A DNA stretch of 64,000 bases from Octopus sinensis. Its lineage: Eukaryota. Where the stretch lies: contig NC_042997.1 of assembly GCF_006345805.1 (NCBI RefSeq), positions 142,910,001-142,974,000 of the forward strand, in the 5' to 3' direction. Shown one piece after another: positions 51,313 through 61,681 of the stretch (within the stretch, counting starts at the first letter, position 1; each line of letters opens with the position of its first letter). The position numbers and the translations under genes are program-made. The notes under the pieces are model-generated. The model saw only the letters and a program-made list of their open reading frames with translations. It had not been told where the DNA came from and ran no database searches.

Positions 51313-52730
51313 CTAGCACTATGACCCAGCATTGCTGGGTCTAGCGCTAGTGCTTGTTGTTCATTGCTGGGTTGCAGTAAAAAAGATTTCTCACTAAATC
51401 AAGAGCTAAGTTTCTTATCACATTTCAGCCCAGGCCAGTTTTGTTGTTTATGAGCTAGTTGGAGCTTTTTATGAGACTAATTAATATTCATTGAACTTCA
51501 GTTTTCACGTAATCATGGAAAATTAGCAAGAGTGTGCACATGCCATTAGTCGGACAAAAAAGGAGGCAGAAGAAAGCAAAAAACTCGAATTTGGCCTCAA
51601 AATAGCATGATTTTGAAAATACACATAAATCTCGTTTGTTGAGTTTTGGTTTCACACCCAACCCAGTTCTGCACAATCAGTGTCGCGATGGAACACATGG
51701 GTTGTGAGTTTGACTGGCAGAGGTGATCAAGTTGCACATGTCAGCCCTTTTGACACCCTCCCTCACCTAACCCCCTCGTCCTATAAGTGAATAGCAATGG
51801 TGGGAAGAAAAGTGCTGATTCCGGCGAAAAGACAGAGCAATTAGATCACAAAAAAGAGCATTCCAAGTGATTTTATGAGTATGACACATTGTAGCAAGTA
51901 ACGTAGTAAGGTCAATAGTTATAAGTTCATGATGCACAGAAGCACATAAGACATCAAGGTTAACTAAGGTATAAATAATAGGTATGCCTTTTCACCAGAC
52001 GGCTAATTGGGCTCCCAATCCACTGAAACGGAGGAGGTTAGGTTCGGAACACAACAAAGCCTTCAACTAAAACCTAGACTAACCTTATGGAAGGGGGCTC
52101 GGGAGCTTCTAATAGGCAGCCTCTAATCCCGATCTATCACTAACCCATCCTAGGGGTGCTAAATGACATGGCTGTAGAAGAATTTGGCTGTGGTGATGTG
52201 CATGGCAGGTTTGTTTCAGAGGAGGACGACTGCATTGGATTAAGGACCATTGAAGAATGTAGCTTTGGAGATCCTAACTCGTTAATTATTCCCTGCATTT
52301 CTCAAATCAAAAACCGTGCACGTTTGAAAGCCTAAACACATAACATGTCTTTGCAAAACACAAATATGCACTGAGCCATACAGACTGTCTGCAAATGCAC
52401 ACGCGCATTCAACTGTCAAGGATAAAATTATCTCCGTCCAATCAAGAAACAGCTGGCAGTCTATTGGTGTATTTAGCCGTACGCATGCACCACGTACAAA
52501 TTTCTATGTTTTAGTGATTTTGAACAGATATGCCCATAACTTATGGGCATAAGATGTCGGTTTATCGATTTTTTTAATGGCTTTCTGGGGCGACAGGGGA
52601 AATGAAAAGATCTTCATGACCACCCTCAGACAGTTTTGAAAGCCCATAGAAAATGCAAGCCTTTTATGTGAAAAACTGTGGATTTGTATAAAGGACAGAC
52701 AGATACATAGACATTTTGCCATTTATATAT
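51313..52730 (-). mobile_element. Helitron family H3, long copy (~1.4 kb) with unidentified internal cargo
   Basis: CTAG 3' end at 51313-16 and GACCCAGC-ATT-GCTGGGTC hairpin. The 5' ~190 bp (52540-52730) matches 54545-54735. Confidence 0.75.
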
Positions 52731-52733
52731 ATA

Positions 52734-53578
52734 CTAGCAGAATTGCCCGGCGTTGCTCGGGGCTGAATTGCTTGAAAGTACTGTTAATGATTGCACTGAA
52801 TTATGATGATTATTCAGGCAAATATTGGTATAAGTTTACGGTGGGAGATAAGGACTTAACGATCAAACGTGTGCCATTGCATTGTTTTGGGGGAACCAAA
52901 TTTCTGATGAGCATTATAGGGGCACCAACTTTAAGTTTGAGAAAGTGTGGTGGTAGTCCAGGGTGCTCAAAGGAATTGAGTACCTCTATTGGATAGTTGA
53001 TGACGTCCTCTGGGTCAGGAGTTGTATCGATAGACTGATATACATAGACTTCCCCAGGAATGAGTTTTAGCATTTCATCATTAATATGGTGAACAGTTTT
53101 ATTCCTCGGGGCCAGTATAGCCTTTTTGCCAATCCAATCCATATTCTGATAATTAGCTTGTAGATCTGGGAACACTGCATCTCTGAGATCAGAAGGCGTC
53201 TTAACAATGTTACAAATGGAATCGATGGCAATATTACCATTTTCATCCCCTGGTATTTTGCCTTCGCCAAGTGCAAGGAGGGTGTGAGGAAATGCTGCTG
53301 ATGTGATATTACGTCGCATATGAGCACGCATATTGGTGTGAAGTTTGAGAGTTACTTCCCTTTATTAAAAAAATATGCATTAAAATGGAAAAAAATGATG
53401 GTAAATTATTTGTAAAATCATAGACTCATCGTAGATGCGCGCTAATACCCAGAAGGGCTCGATATGAATCACGACTATAAGATACCCGGTTTTGGTTAAA
53501 CTGCATCGCAAAATGTGGGAGTAGTTAGGAATCTAAATCGGAGTAGACAGACACACAACCTTTCTTTTATATATAAAT
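52734..53578 (-). mobile_element. Internally deleted Helitron carrying a helicase fragment
   Basis: CTAG end at 52734-37 with CCCGAGCAACGCCGGG hairpin; the 5' module 53345-53578 matches 57425-57661. Confidence 0.88.
52850..53346 (-). pseudogene. Helitron RepHel PIF1-like (SF1B) helicase internal fragment, uninterrupted frame
   Basis: LKLHTNMR..LLALGEG..AILAPRNKTVHHIN..YQSID..YPIEVLNSFEHPGLPPHFLKLKVGAPIMLIRNLVPPKQCNGTRLIV are hallmark PIF1/Helitron motifs. Confidence 0.93.
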
Positions 53579-54139
53579 ATTTTTGTCCTAAAAAACTTTG
53601 TATGGATTGAATGGTTACCTCTATGGAAATATATACACGCACATTATACATACATGTGTGTATAAATGAATATATAAATACATTTAAATATCTATATACA
53701 CTTTTGGGCGATCTTTCTGTTTCTTAGAGATAACTTTATCCCGTCCGATTCGCTCCAAAATTTACAGGGACATGTAGAATGAGGTGACGATGCTCGTGGG
53801 CTACCTTAGAAATCCCTATCTTAAAAGGTGTGGTTGCTAGGGGCCATCTTCCTCACTCACCCTATTTCCTCCAGTACCCTTTCACTCCTCTTCATTTGAC
53901 AAGCCACTACGGTTATTTAATATAAAGTCTTCCTCAAATCACTCTCTCGCTATTTACTCTCTTCCAAGAACATTTTCACTCACTCTTATCTCTTAGCTTC
54001 CCATACATTTTACTCATGTATCTGTCAGCGTCATAGACAGAAACAAATATTACATCGCCATCGCCATCGCATTCTATTGTCTACCTGTCAACACACACAC
54101 AGTGAATTACTTTCACTTTATTCGTTGCACACTATGTGT

Positions 54140-54372
54140 GTGCGTGTGCTGTAGACCACACTAAGAGAAGCATTTGACTCATACACCACAATGTGAGTTT
54201 TCTCTAAATTTTGCTTAATTGGGGTTGAAATTTTAAAAAAGTGGACCTGGCAAAACCCGATGCATTCTACTCTTAAAAATGCTAGGTAAATTGTAATTGA
54301 AGAAATCCTATATTGTAGATTTCTATAAGAGACAAAGGGAGGCAGATAAAATCTGCCTTTTATAATAAGAGA
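54140..54372 (-). mobile_element. Helitron-like 5' end (family H4), duplicated at 58500-58729
   Basis: Minus-strand A|TCTCTTATTATAAAA start with a GGCAGAT-TTT-ATCTGCC hairpin; the two copies align over ~220 bp. No CTAG 3' end found. Confidence 0.55.
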
Positions 54373-54376
54373 TATA

Positions 54377-54735
54377 CTAGCACTATGACCTGGCAACGCT
54401 GGGTCATAGTACTAGTGCATGCATATACAGCTGCGTACGTGCACACATACATGTGAGTACTGTCCAAATCTCCGACCAATCACATACAATTAGCTGGCAT
54501 TCAATTGGCGTATCAAATTTCAGGCATTTTGATTGGGTTTTGGATAGAAAATTCCCCAAAAATCACTTCTATTGATTTTTTAATGGCTTTGCTGGATGAC
54601 TGAGGAAATGTAAATATGTGCACGACCACTCTTGAACAGTTTTGAATGACCATAGAAAGTGCGAACCCTCTAACTGAAAAATTGTGTATTTGTATAAAGG
54701 ACACACACACAGACATTTTGCCGTTTATATGTATA
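54377..54735 (-). mobile_element. Helitron family H3, short copy
   Basis: CTAG at 54377-80 within an extended hairpin; 5' end matches 52540-52730. Confidence 0.78.
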
Positions 54736-54776
54736 TATATAATATATATATATATATATTATATATATATATATAT

Positions 54777-56222
54777 GTCATCAGGGATGACATCGACTTC
54801 CTGTCCCATCTTCCCAAAACAACAGAAACAAATTCAGTTTTACTAAGTTTTGATGTGGTAAGCCTCTACACCAATATTCCACACGATTTAGGAATAAAGG
54901 CGATTAAATACTGGTTAGAAAAACATAGAGAAGTGATTCCCAGCAGATTCACAGTGCCATTTATATTAGACACAGTCAAGCTTATTCTAGAAAATAACAC
55001 ATTCTTCTTCAATGGAAAGAATTACATCCAAATTAGAGGCACGGCGATGGGAACGAGGTTTGCTCCCGTTTACGCCAACTCTGTAATGGGATACTTAGAA
55101 GAACAACTCTACCAAGAGGTGGAGGTAAACTATGGCACTGGGTTTAGAAAGTATATTGAAAAGGCATGGAAGAGATACCTAGACGACTGTTTCATAATCT
55201 GGACAGAATCTCTAAATACTCTGGAAGAGTTCAATATCCTCCTGAACAACCTACACCCATCTCTCCAATTTACAAAGGAGATGAGTAGTACCAAATTACC
55301 ATTCCTGGATATAATGGTAATTAAAAAAGACACCACCATCACCACAGATATATACTATAAACACACAGACACACATCAATACCTAAATTTTAAGTCGTGC
55401 CATCCACCACATACAAAACGTAACATCCCATACTGCCTAGCCAGAAGAATTTGTACTATTGTAGAAGATGCAAATATCAGGAACAAACGCCTAATAGAAC
55501 TAAGAGAATTTTTGCTCAAACAAAAATACCCATCTCTACTTATAGAAAATGGCATACAGCGGGCTATAAAAATACCTATACAACAACTTAGGACAACCCA
55601 AGGAAGAGGAAAACAAGAACAAGTCATACCATTCATAGTGACACACAACCCATGTCACCAGAATATCTTCAACATTGCCAAAGCAAACCTACCAATCATT
55701 GCCCAAAGTAATGAATTAAAAGACATAATCACGGATCGAGCTATGGTGCTTAGTAAAAGACAGCCTAAAAACTTGAAAACATTACTAACAAAGGCAAAAT
55801 TTGACCTCAGCAACAAAGACCAAACATTCACGGTATCTAAATGCAATGATAGCCGATGTGGCACATGCCAATTCATACATACCGGTCAATATATAAACAC
55901 AAAAACCGGGAAAATATTCACAAACGCGAATATGAACTGCAAAAGCAGAAATTTAATTTACTGCATCAAATGCCCAAATTGTGAAGAAATATATGTAGGT
56001 CAGACGGGAAACGCACTATTAGAACGCTCACGTGTACACCGGCAACAGATTAGAGACCCAGAGGTCCGTCAGATACCTTTGAGTAACCACCTAGCAACAT
56101 GTGGTCGGAAAATATATATAATATTTCCATTCTACAAATTACACAGCCCAAGTGAAATCGAGAGGAAAATCAGAGAAAAGAATTTTATTGATAAATTCGA
56201 ACCCAAGCTAAATAAGCAATAA
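54777..56222 (+). CDS. 5'-truncated Penelope-like element ORF: RT C-terminal half + Cys-rich linker + GIY-YIG endonuclease (Neptune-like by inference)
   Basis: SFDVVSLYTNIP, RGTAMGTRFAPVYAN, RYLDDCFIIW, LPFLDI, YYKHTDTHQYL, SCHPPHTK; linker CNDSRCGTC; NLIYCIKCPNCEEIYVGQT..ER..H..H. No stops or frameshifts. The first 31 codons of the 54684 ORF come from the Helitron end and (TA)n. Confidence 0.95.
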   Translation, partial: VIRDDIDFLSHLPKTTETNSVLLSFDVVSLYTNIPHDLGIKAIKYWLEKHREVIPSRFTVPFILDTVKLILENNTFFFNGKNYIQIRGTAMGTRFAPVYANSVMGYLEEQLYQEVEVNYGTGFRKYIEKAWKRYLDDCFIIWTESLNTLEEFNILLNNLHPSLQFTKEMSSTKLPFLDIMVIKKDTTITTDIYYKHTDTHQYLNFKSCHPPHTKRNIPYCLARRICTIVEDANIRNKRLIELREFLLKQKYPSLLIENGIQRAIKIPIQQLRTTQGRGKQEQVIPFIVTHNPCHQNIFNIAKANLPIIAQSNELKDIITDRAMVLSKRQPKNLKTLLTKAKFDLSNKDQTFTVSKCNDSRCGTCQFIHTGQYINTKTGKIFTNANMNCKSRNLIYCIKCPNCEEIYVGQTGNALLERSRVHRQQIRDPEVRQIPLSNHLATCGRKIYIIFPFYKLHSPSEIERKIREKNFIDKFEPKLNKQ

Positions 56223-56930
56223 TAATAATAATAATACTTAGAGGTATTACTTCCACTGCTACGACCATGACCACTAACAACAACAACAATACTAAAGGTG
56301 ATCAAGACGAAGATAGCAGGAAAATTATCTTATTTAGGGTTAAAAGTTCTATTGCCACCACCATCACCACTAGCAACAATAATTAAGGTGCTGACAATGA
56401 TGATGATGACAATTGAAATATAAAAATATAAAAATCTCTGACAAAGGATATTTACAACATTTCTAAAAATAACCCAACAATTGCTGCTTCGGCCAGGGTC
56501 AAGATACAGGACTCTTGACATGTCCAACAAAGCGTGATGCCTAAACCAATCAGCTCAACCAACCAATCACCTTAAGTAATTGAGTGATACTACACACTGA
56601 TTGGTCAGAATACAGTTTGCAAAACCTAGCACTCTGGAGCCTACCCAGCTGTATTTATAGCACAGAATCAATCATCTTGCTACAGTCAAAAATTGTGAAG
56701 CATGACTGTCAACACTACTACATGAACCCGAAGATTGCAGAATTCAATGCATGAAAGTACTAGTTCAATCAGAATGAATATTTAACATTCTACTATTTCA
56801 TTTTATTTTATTCAATTATAATATATTATCTTATAATATATCATTATAAGATTGTAAATAAAACGTGAAAATCAGACAAGGTTGGAATTCTTTTTATTAA
56901 TATATTCTTCTATACACAATCACACACACC
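56223..56930 (+). mobile_element. PLE 3' region / pseudo-LTR with CCAAT boxes and a TATA-like motif, ending at (TA)n
   Basis: CCAATC twice near 56545-56570, TATTTATA at ~56652, hammerhead at 56723-56767. Confidence 0.6.
56723..56767 (+). ncRNA. Minimal type I hammerhead ribozyme, CCGAAGA core, predicted cleavage after A56762
   Basis: TGAAC-CCGAAGA-T-TGCA-GAATTCAA-TGCA-T-GAAA-GTAC-TA^GTTCA: 5-bp stem I, stem II TGCA/TGCA, palindromic AGTACT stem III. Confidence 0.8.
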
Positions 56931-56945
56931 CATATATATATATTC

Positions 56946-56977
<32 letters not shown>

Positions 56978-56981
56978 TATT

Positions 56982-57017
<36 letters not shown>

Positions 57018-57022
57018 ATATA

Positions 57023-57255
57023 AAAATTAACAGAATGAGATAAAAATCAAAGGCTGTGAAAGATTTCAAATCATTTATAAAGAGAAGGTCTTACAGCTGT
57101 TTCCAGGATATTTACTATATCCCTTCATCGGAGACAGTGCGAGAAAATGGTTAAGCAATAGTTATTCTAGAGAAGATATGAAATAGAGAGTGAAGTGGAG
57201 GAATGAAAACAGACGTGAGATATGCAGGGATATTTTATCTCATTCTGTTAATTTT
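57023..57255. mobile_element. TA-embedded foldback element with perfect 23-bp TIRs
   Basis: AAAATTAACAGAATGAGATAAAA (57023-45) and TTTTATCTCATTCTGTTAATTTT (57233-55). Confidence 0.85.
57088..57135 (-). ncRNA. Minimal type I hammerhead ribozyme, CCGATGA core
   Basis: GTCT-CCGATGA-A-GGGATAT-AGTAA-ATATCCT-G-GAAA-CAGCTG-TA^AGAC: stem I GTCT/AGAC, 7-bp stem II with one G-U pair, palindromic ACAGCTGT stem III. Confidence 0.78.
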
Positions 57256-57264
57256 ATATATATA

Positions 57265-57661
57265 CTAGCAGTATCGCCCGGCGTTGCTCGGGTTTGTAAG
57301 GGAAATAACTATATAAGCATTTTTAGAGAGTTATAGCCAAAAAATAGGAAAAAAATGCATTAAAAATGGAAAAAAAATTAAGGTAAATTTCTTTTTAAAT
57401 CGTTGACACATCGTAGATATTTTTAGAGAGTTACTTCCCTTACATAATAGCAAAAAAAATGCATTAAAATGGAAAAATATGATGGTAAATTTTTTTAAAT
57501 TGTAGACTCATCGTAGACGCGCGCTAATACCCAGAAGGGCTCGATATGAATCACGACTATAAGATACCCGGTTTTGGTTACACTGCACCGCAAAATGTGG
57601 GAGTCGTTACGAATCTAAATCGTAGGAGACAGACACACAACTTCACTCTTATATATAAAGA
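57265..57661 (-). mobile_element. Chimeric non-autonomous Helitron (H1 3' module + H2 5' module)
   Basis: 57265-57340 matches 24277-24355; 57425-57661 matches 53345-53578; TC and CTAG ends intact. Confidence 0.88.
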
Positions 57662-58982
57662 TATAAGTCACGTAGTTATATACACATACTTTGTTATATA
57701 CACATTCTTAAAAGAAAATGTTATTTTGAATACAACATTTATAAAGAATAAAATATTTTTTGGTTTTTCTTAACCCTTTCGTTACTATATTTCTGACCAA
57801 ATTACACCCCTTATGTGTTTCAATTAATTTCTAACGTAATCATAAATTTAGTCTGGTTTTATTAAACAACTATAACTTTTTTATTTATCAATATATTAAT
57901 CTGATTTTGGAAGATAATTTAATGAAATATTCTCAACCAATTCTACACTATAATTTTTGTCACAAAGTGACTCTAATTGCAGGTAGATACAGGTAAATTC
58001 AACAATATATAAAATTATTAAAATTTTGTTCAAACATTGCTATAGAAAATGGGTTATTAGCTAATATTCAATTGGGTATACAACAAAATTTTACGATAGA
58101 ATTTGTTATTCTGGGTAACTTTCTGATACCCATAATAATATTTATGGCAAAATAGGCCTTAATTAATTTAAGGTTGTGGGAAATAACAAACTATCCTTTC
58201 TTTCGCTTTGTTTACGTTTAGCGTAATGATTTCAAATAGGCTCATTCGAAAAAGTAAAAAGAAATAGTTTAAGGCTTTATACTCTTCTGGGAAAGTCTGT
58301 GGCTTGGTGCAGTTTCTTCAGAAAAATCACCGAAAGAAACAGTTTTTAAATTTTCACTCCATTCAGGTACCAATTCATTTTCTTAATCGCTGTCGGATTC
58401 ACTGTTTTCACTTTAATAGCTGCAAACTTGCAAAGACAAAGGAGGAGAAGGGTGATAGCGTCAGTGAAACAGTCGCTCCCTTTGTGTGTGTGTGTGTTTG
58501 CGTGTGGTGTATCCCACATTAAGAAAAACATTTGACATATACACCAGAATGTGAGTTTTCTCTAAATTTTGCTTAATTGGGGTTGAAATTTTAAAAACCG
58601 GACCTGGCATGACCCAATGCATTCTACTCTTTAAAATGCTAGGTAAATTGTAATTGAAGAAATCCTATATTGTAGATTTCTATAAATTACAAAGGGAGGC
58701 AGATAAAATCTGCCTTTTATAATAAGAGATGCATGCTAATATATGACCTACGTTGGTCTCCTCATTCGCATAATCACCGAACTTGGAGCTTAACTATGGT
58801 CTATACATAGCACTTACTCAGCATTACCTGACACCTTTGGGTCTTCTTGACATCATTACCTCTCATAGCCTCAATATATATATATGTATATTCATATCTA
58901 CATATATATGTGTGTGTGTGTGTGTGTATGACCGCATGCGTACTGTTGGCGATTTTTTTTCCTCCGTCTTCTCTTCTCTGGA

Positions 58983-59013
58983 TTGACGAAGAGCTCTGCT
59001 CGAAATGTAAAAC
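58983..59013 (+). ncRNA. Decayed minimal hammerhead (C3>T, CpG decay), same motif family as 42684-42718
   Basis: TTGACGA-A-GAGC-TCT-GCTC-GAAA-TG-TA-AAAC, in a TA-flanked element ~58945-59110. Confidence 0.6.
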
Positions 59014-59114
59014 CCTCCTTCTTCCCTTCCTTCCTGAGCGTCCAATAATACTATATTTGTTCCACATCCTCGCGTTGTTGTGTTTTCTCTTGGGGTTTTC
59101 ATGTTTGGATTAAC

Positions 59115-59150
<36 letters not shown>

Positions 59151-59224
59151 TTGTGTGTGTATGTGTATATATACATATACATATATATATACATATATAT
59201 GTATATATAGGTATATGTGTATAT

Positions 59225-59281
<57 letters not shown>

Positions 59282-59360
59282 CAAAATATTAGGGAATAAA
59301 TCCAAACTTACAGGGAAAAATCAGATTTAGGATTGAATCCAATTTTATAGTAAAATATTA

Positions 59361-59622
59361 TATTATATTAAATTAGAGATAAAACCACTATTAGGCAAAT
59401 CATACAATGAAAAACTTAAGCCAATACATAAGATTAATTAATTTATATTATTTAAATATATATCAAAATTATTAAAAAAGATAATTAATATAACACAATT
59501 ATCTTTTTTAATAATTTTGATATATATTTAAATAATATAAATTAATTAATCTTATGTATTGGCTTAAGTTTTTCATCGTATGATTTGCCTAATAGTGGTT
59601 TTATCTCTAATTTAATATAATA
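59361..59622. repeat. Near-perfect 126-bp inverted repeat with a 10-nt loop
   Basis: 59361-59486 versus 59497-59622 shows one mismatch (CATACAATG versus CATACGATG); flanked by (TA)n. Confidence 0.93.
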
Positions 59623-61096
59623 TATATATATATATATATATAGTAAGGAAAAATTTTTTTAAAAAAAAAAATTTTTTTAAAAAAACAGAATGCTCAAATG
59701 AAAGAAAATTTTAATAAAATGAGAAAATGATAAAATATATAAATATATATTTATTCAACCGGTTTTCGTCATTGTATGACTTGTCAAGAATATTTATGTT
59801 TTAAGAAGTTATTTTAAAAATTAGAAATGGGAAAAAAAGAAAATTGCATTGTTTTTTGTAAAAGAATAATGATAAAAATGTACAAAAATTAAAAAATAAG
59901 TTCTCCGATACATTGTGAGTTCATTGTGTATCTTGAGTTTTATGGTTGTTTACCAAAAAATTACCTTGAGGTGTTAAGATCCAAAGGGATTAAGAGCATG
60001 TGATGTGTTGTGTTGTTAAATATATATATATATACATATATACATATATATATATACATACACACACACATATATAAAATAGTCATACAACCATGTATAT
60101 ATGATGGTATGCATCTATGTATTCAAAGTTAGTGCTTTAAATAATGTTCTTGACATGGTCATATCTTAATATTTCTTCCCTCAATGTCTCTGATATTCCA
60201 AGTATGTTTGTTATAAATAAAAAAAAAAAACCTTATTATAGAGTTAATCTTTTTCTCTGCAAATCCTCTTTTACCAGTTCACTAATTTGATTCTCCTTTG
60301 CTTACCTTGTATATGTCATGTTTCATTACATAACACAATGTTGAACTGCTAAGTTAGAGGGATGTAAAAACCCAACATTGGTTATGAAGTGACAGGAGGG
60401 AGACAAACAGAAACACACACACACACAAGTTTCTAGTTTCCATCTACCAAATTCATTCATGAGGCATTGGTGGTGGTGTGTGTGTGTGTATAACCCCACC
60501 ATTTACTGACTCATATATATATACAGGAGTGGCTTTGTGGTAAGTAGCTTGCTAATGAACCGCATGGTTCCAGGTTCACTCCCACTCCATGGCACCTTGG
60601 ATAAGTGTCTTCTACTATAGCTTTGAGCCAACCAAAGCCTTGTGAGTGGATTTGGTAGGCAGGAACTGAAAGAATCCCATCATATATATGTGTTTGTGTG
60701 TGTGTGTATAGATATATATATATACATACGTATGTGTGTGTATATGTTTGTTCCGCTAACATCACTTGACAACTGATGCTGGTGTGTTTTCGCCCTTGTA
60801 ACTTAGTGGTTTGGCAAAAGAGACCGACAGAAAAAGTACTAGGTTTACAAAGAATAAGTTATGGGGTCAATTTCCCTGAAACCAGTAAAAGAATAAAAGA
60901 ATGTGTGTGGTAAATGTGTATATACATGTGTATGTGTATATATATATGTGTATATTTGTGTACATATATATATATATATCACTGTGATCACTGTGACCGA
61001 CCAGGCTATCAGATGATACTACACATCGCTGGTCACAATGTGCTTTGCATTGTTTTAGCCTTCAAGTGATGCCACCCCACTGGCTAAGCGAGCAGG

Positions 61097-61144
<48 letters not shown>

Positions 61145-61145
<1 letters not shown>

Positions 61146-61445
61146 CAAGTAAGTTAGGGGCTGTGGATCCAACCATCCAAGGGATAATACTTATCCAATA
61201 TACTGTTGGTATAATACCCAAATTATTAATACATAAGTGCCACATATTAGACGAGGTTCGTCGCAATAACAGTGTAGCACAAAACGGCGGTGCATCAGCA
61301 TGAAACTAGAAAAAAAAAAAAGTGTTTTTAATTGTAATGCAATTAACTTACTTATTGTATTAAATTGGTGAAGGTAAAGAAATATTTTACCATTAATATA
61401 TATTACAAATAAGAAAATGGAGAAACAATTTGGTTGGTTTATCAG
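61145..61445. mobile_element. TA-flanked element homologous to 3190-3370, with a hammerhead relic
   Basis: Shared GGGATAA..TATCCAATATACTG..TTAATACATAA..TGCAATTAA..TTATTGTATT; TTGGTGA-A-GGTAAA..TTTACC at 61365-61391. Confidence 0.55.
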
Positions 61446-61620
61446 CTTTATGTATGTATAAATACATATATATATACATATATATATGTATAAATACATA
61501 TATACATACATATATATGTATACATATAAATACATATATACATACATATATGTATATATACATGTATAAATACATATATACATATATATATATATACATG
61601 TATAAATGCATATATATATA

Positions 61621-61681
<61 letters not shown>

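Noticed and set aside
54684-54776. N-terminus of the 512-aa ORF
   Set aside because: Derived from the antisense Helitron end and a (TA)n tract (YIYIYY); not part of the PLE protein.
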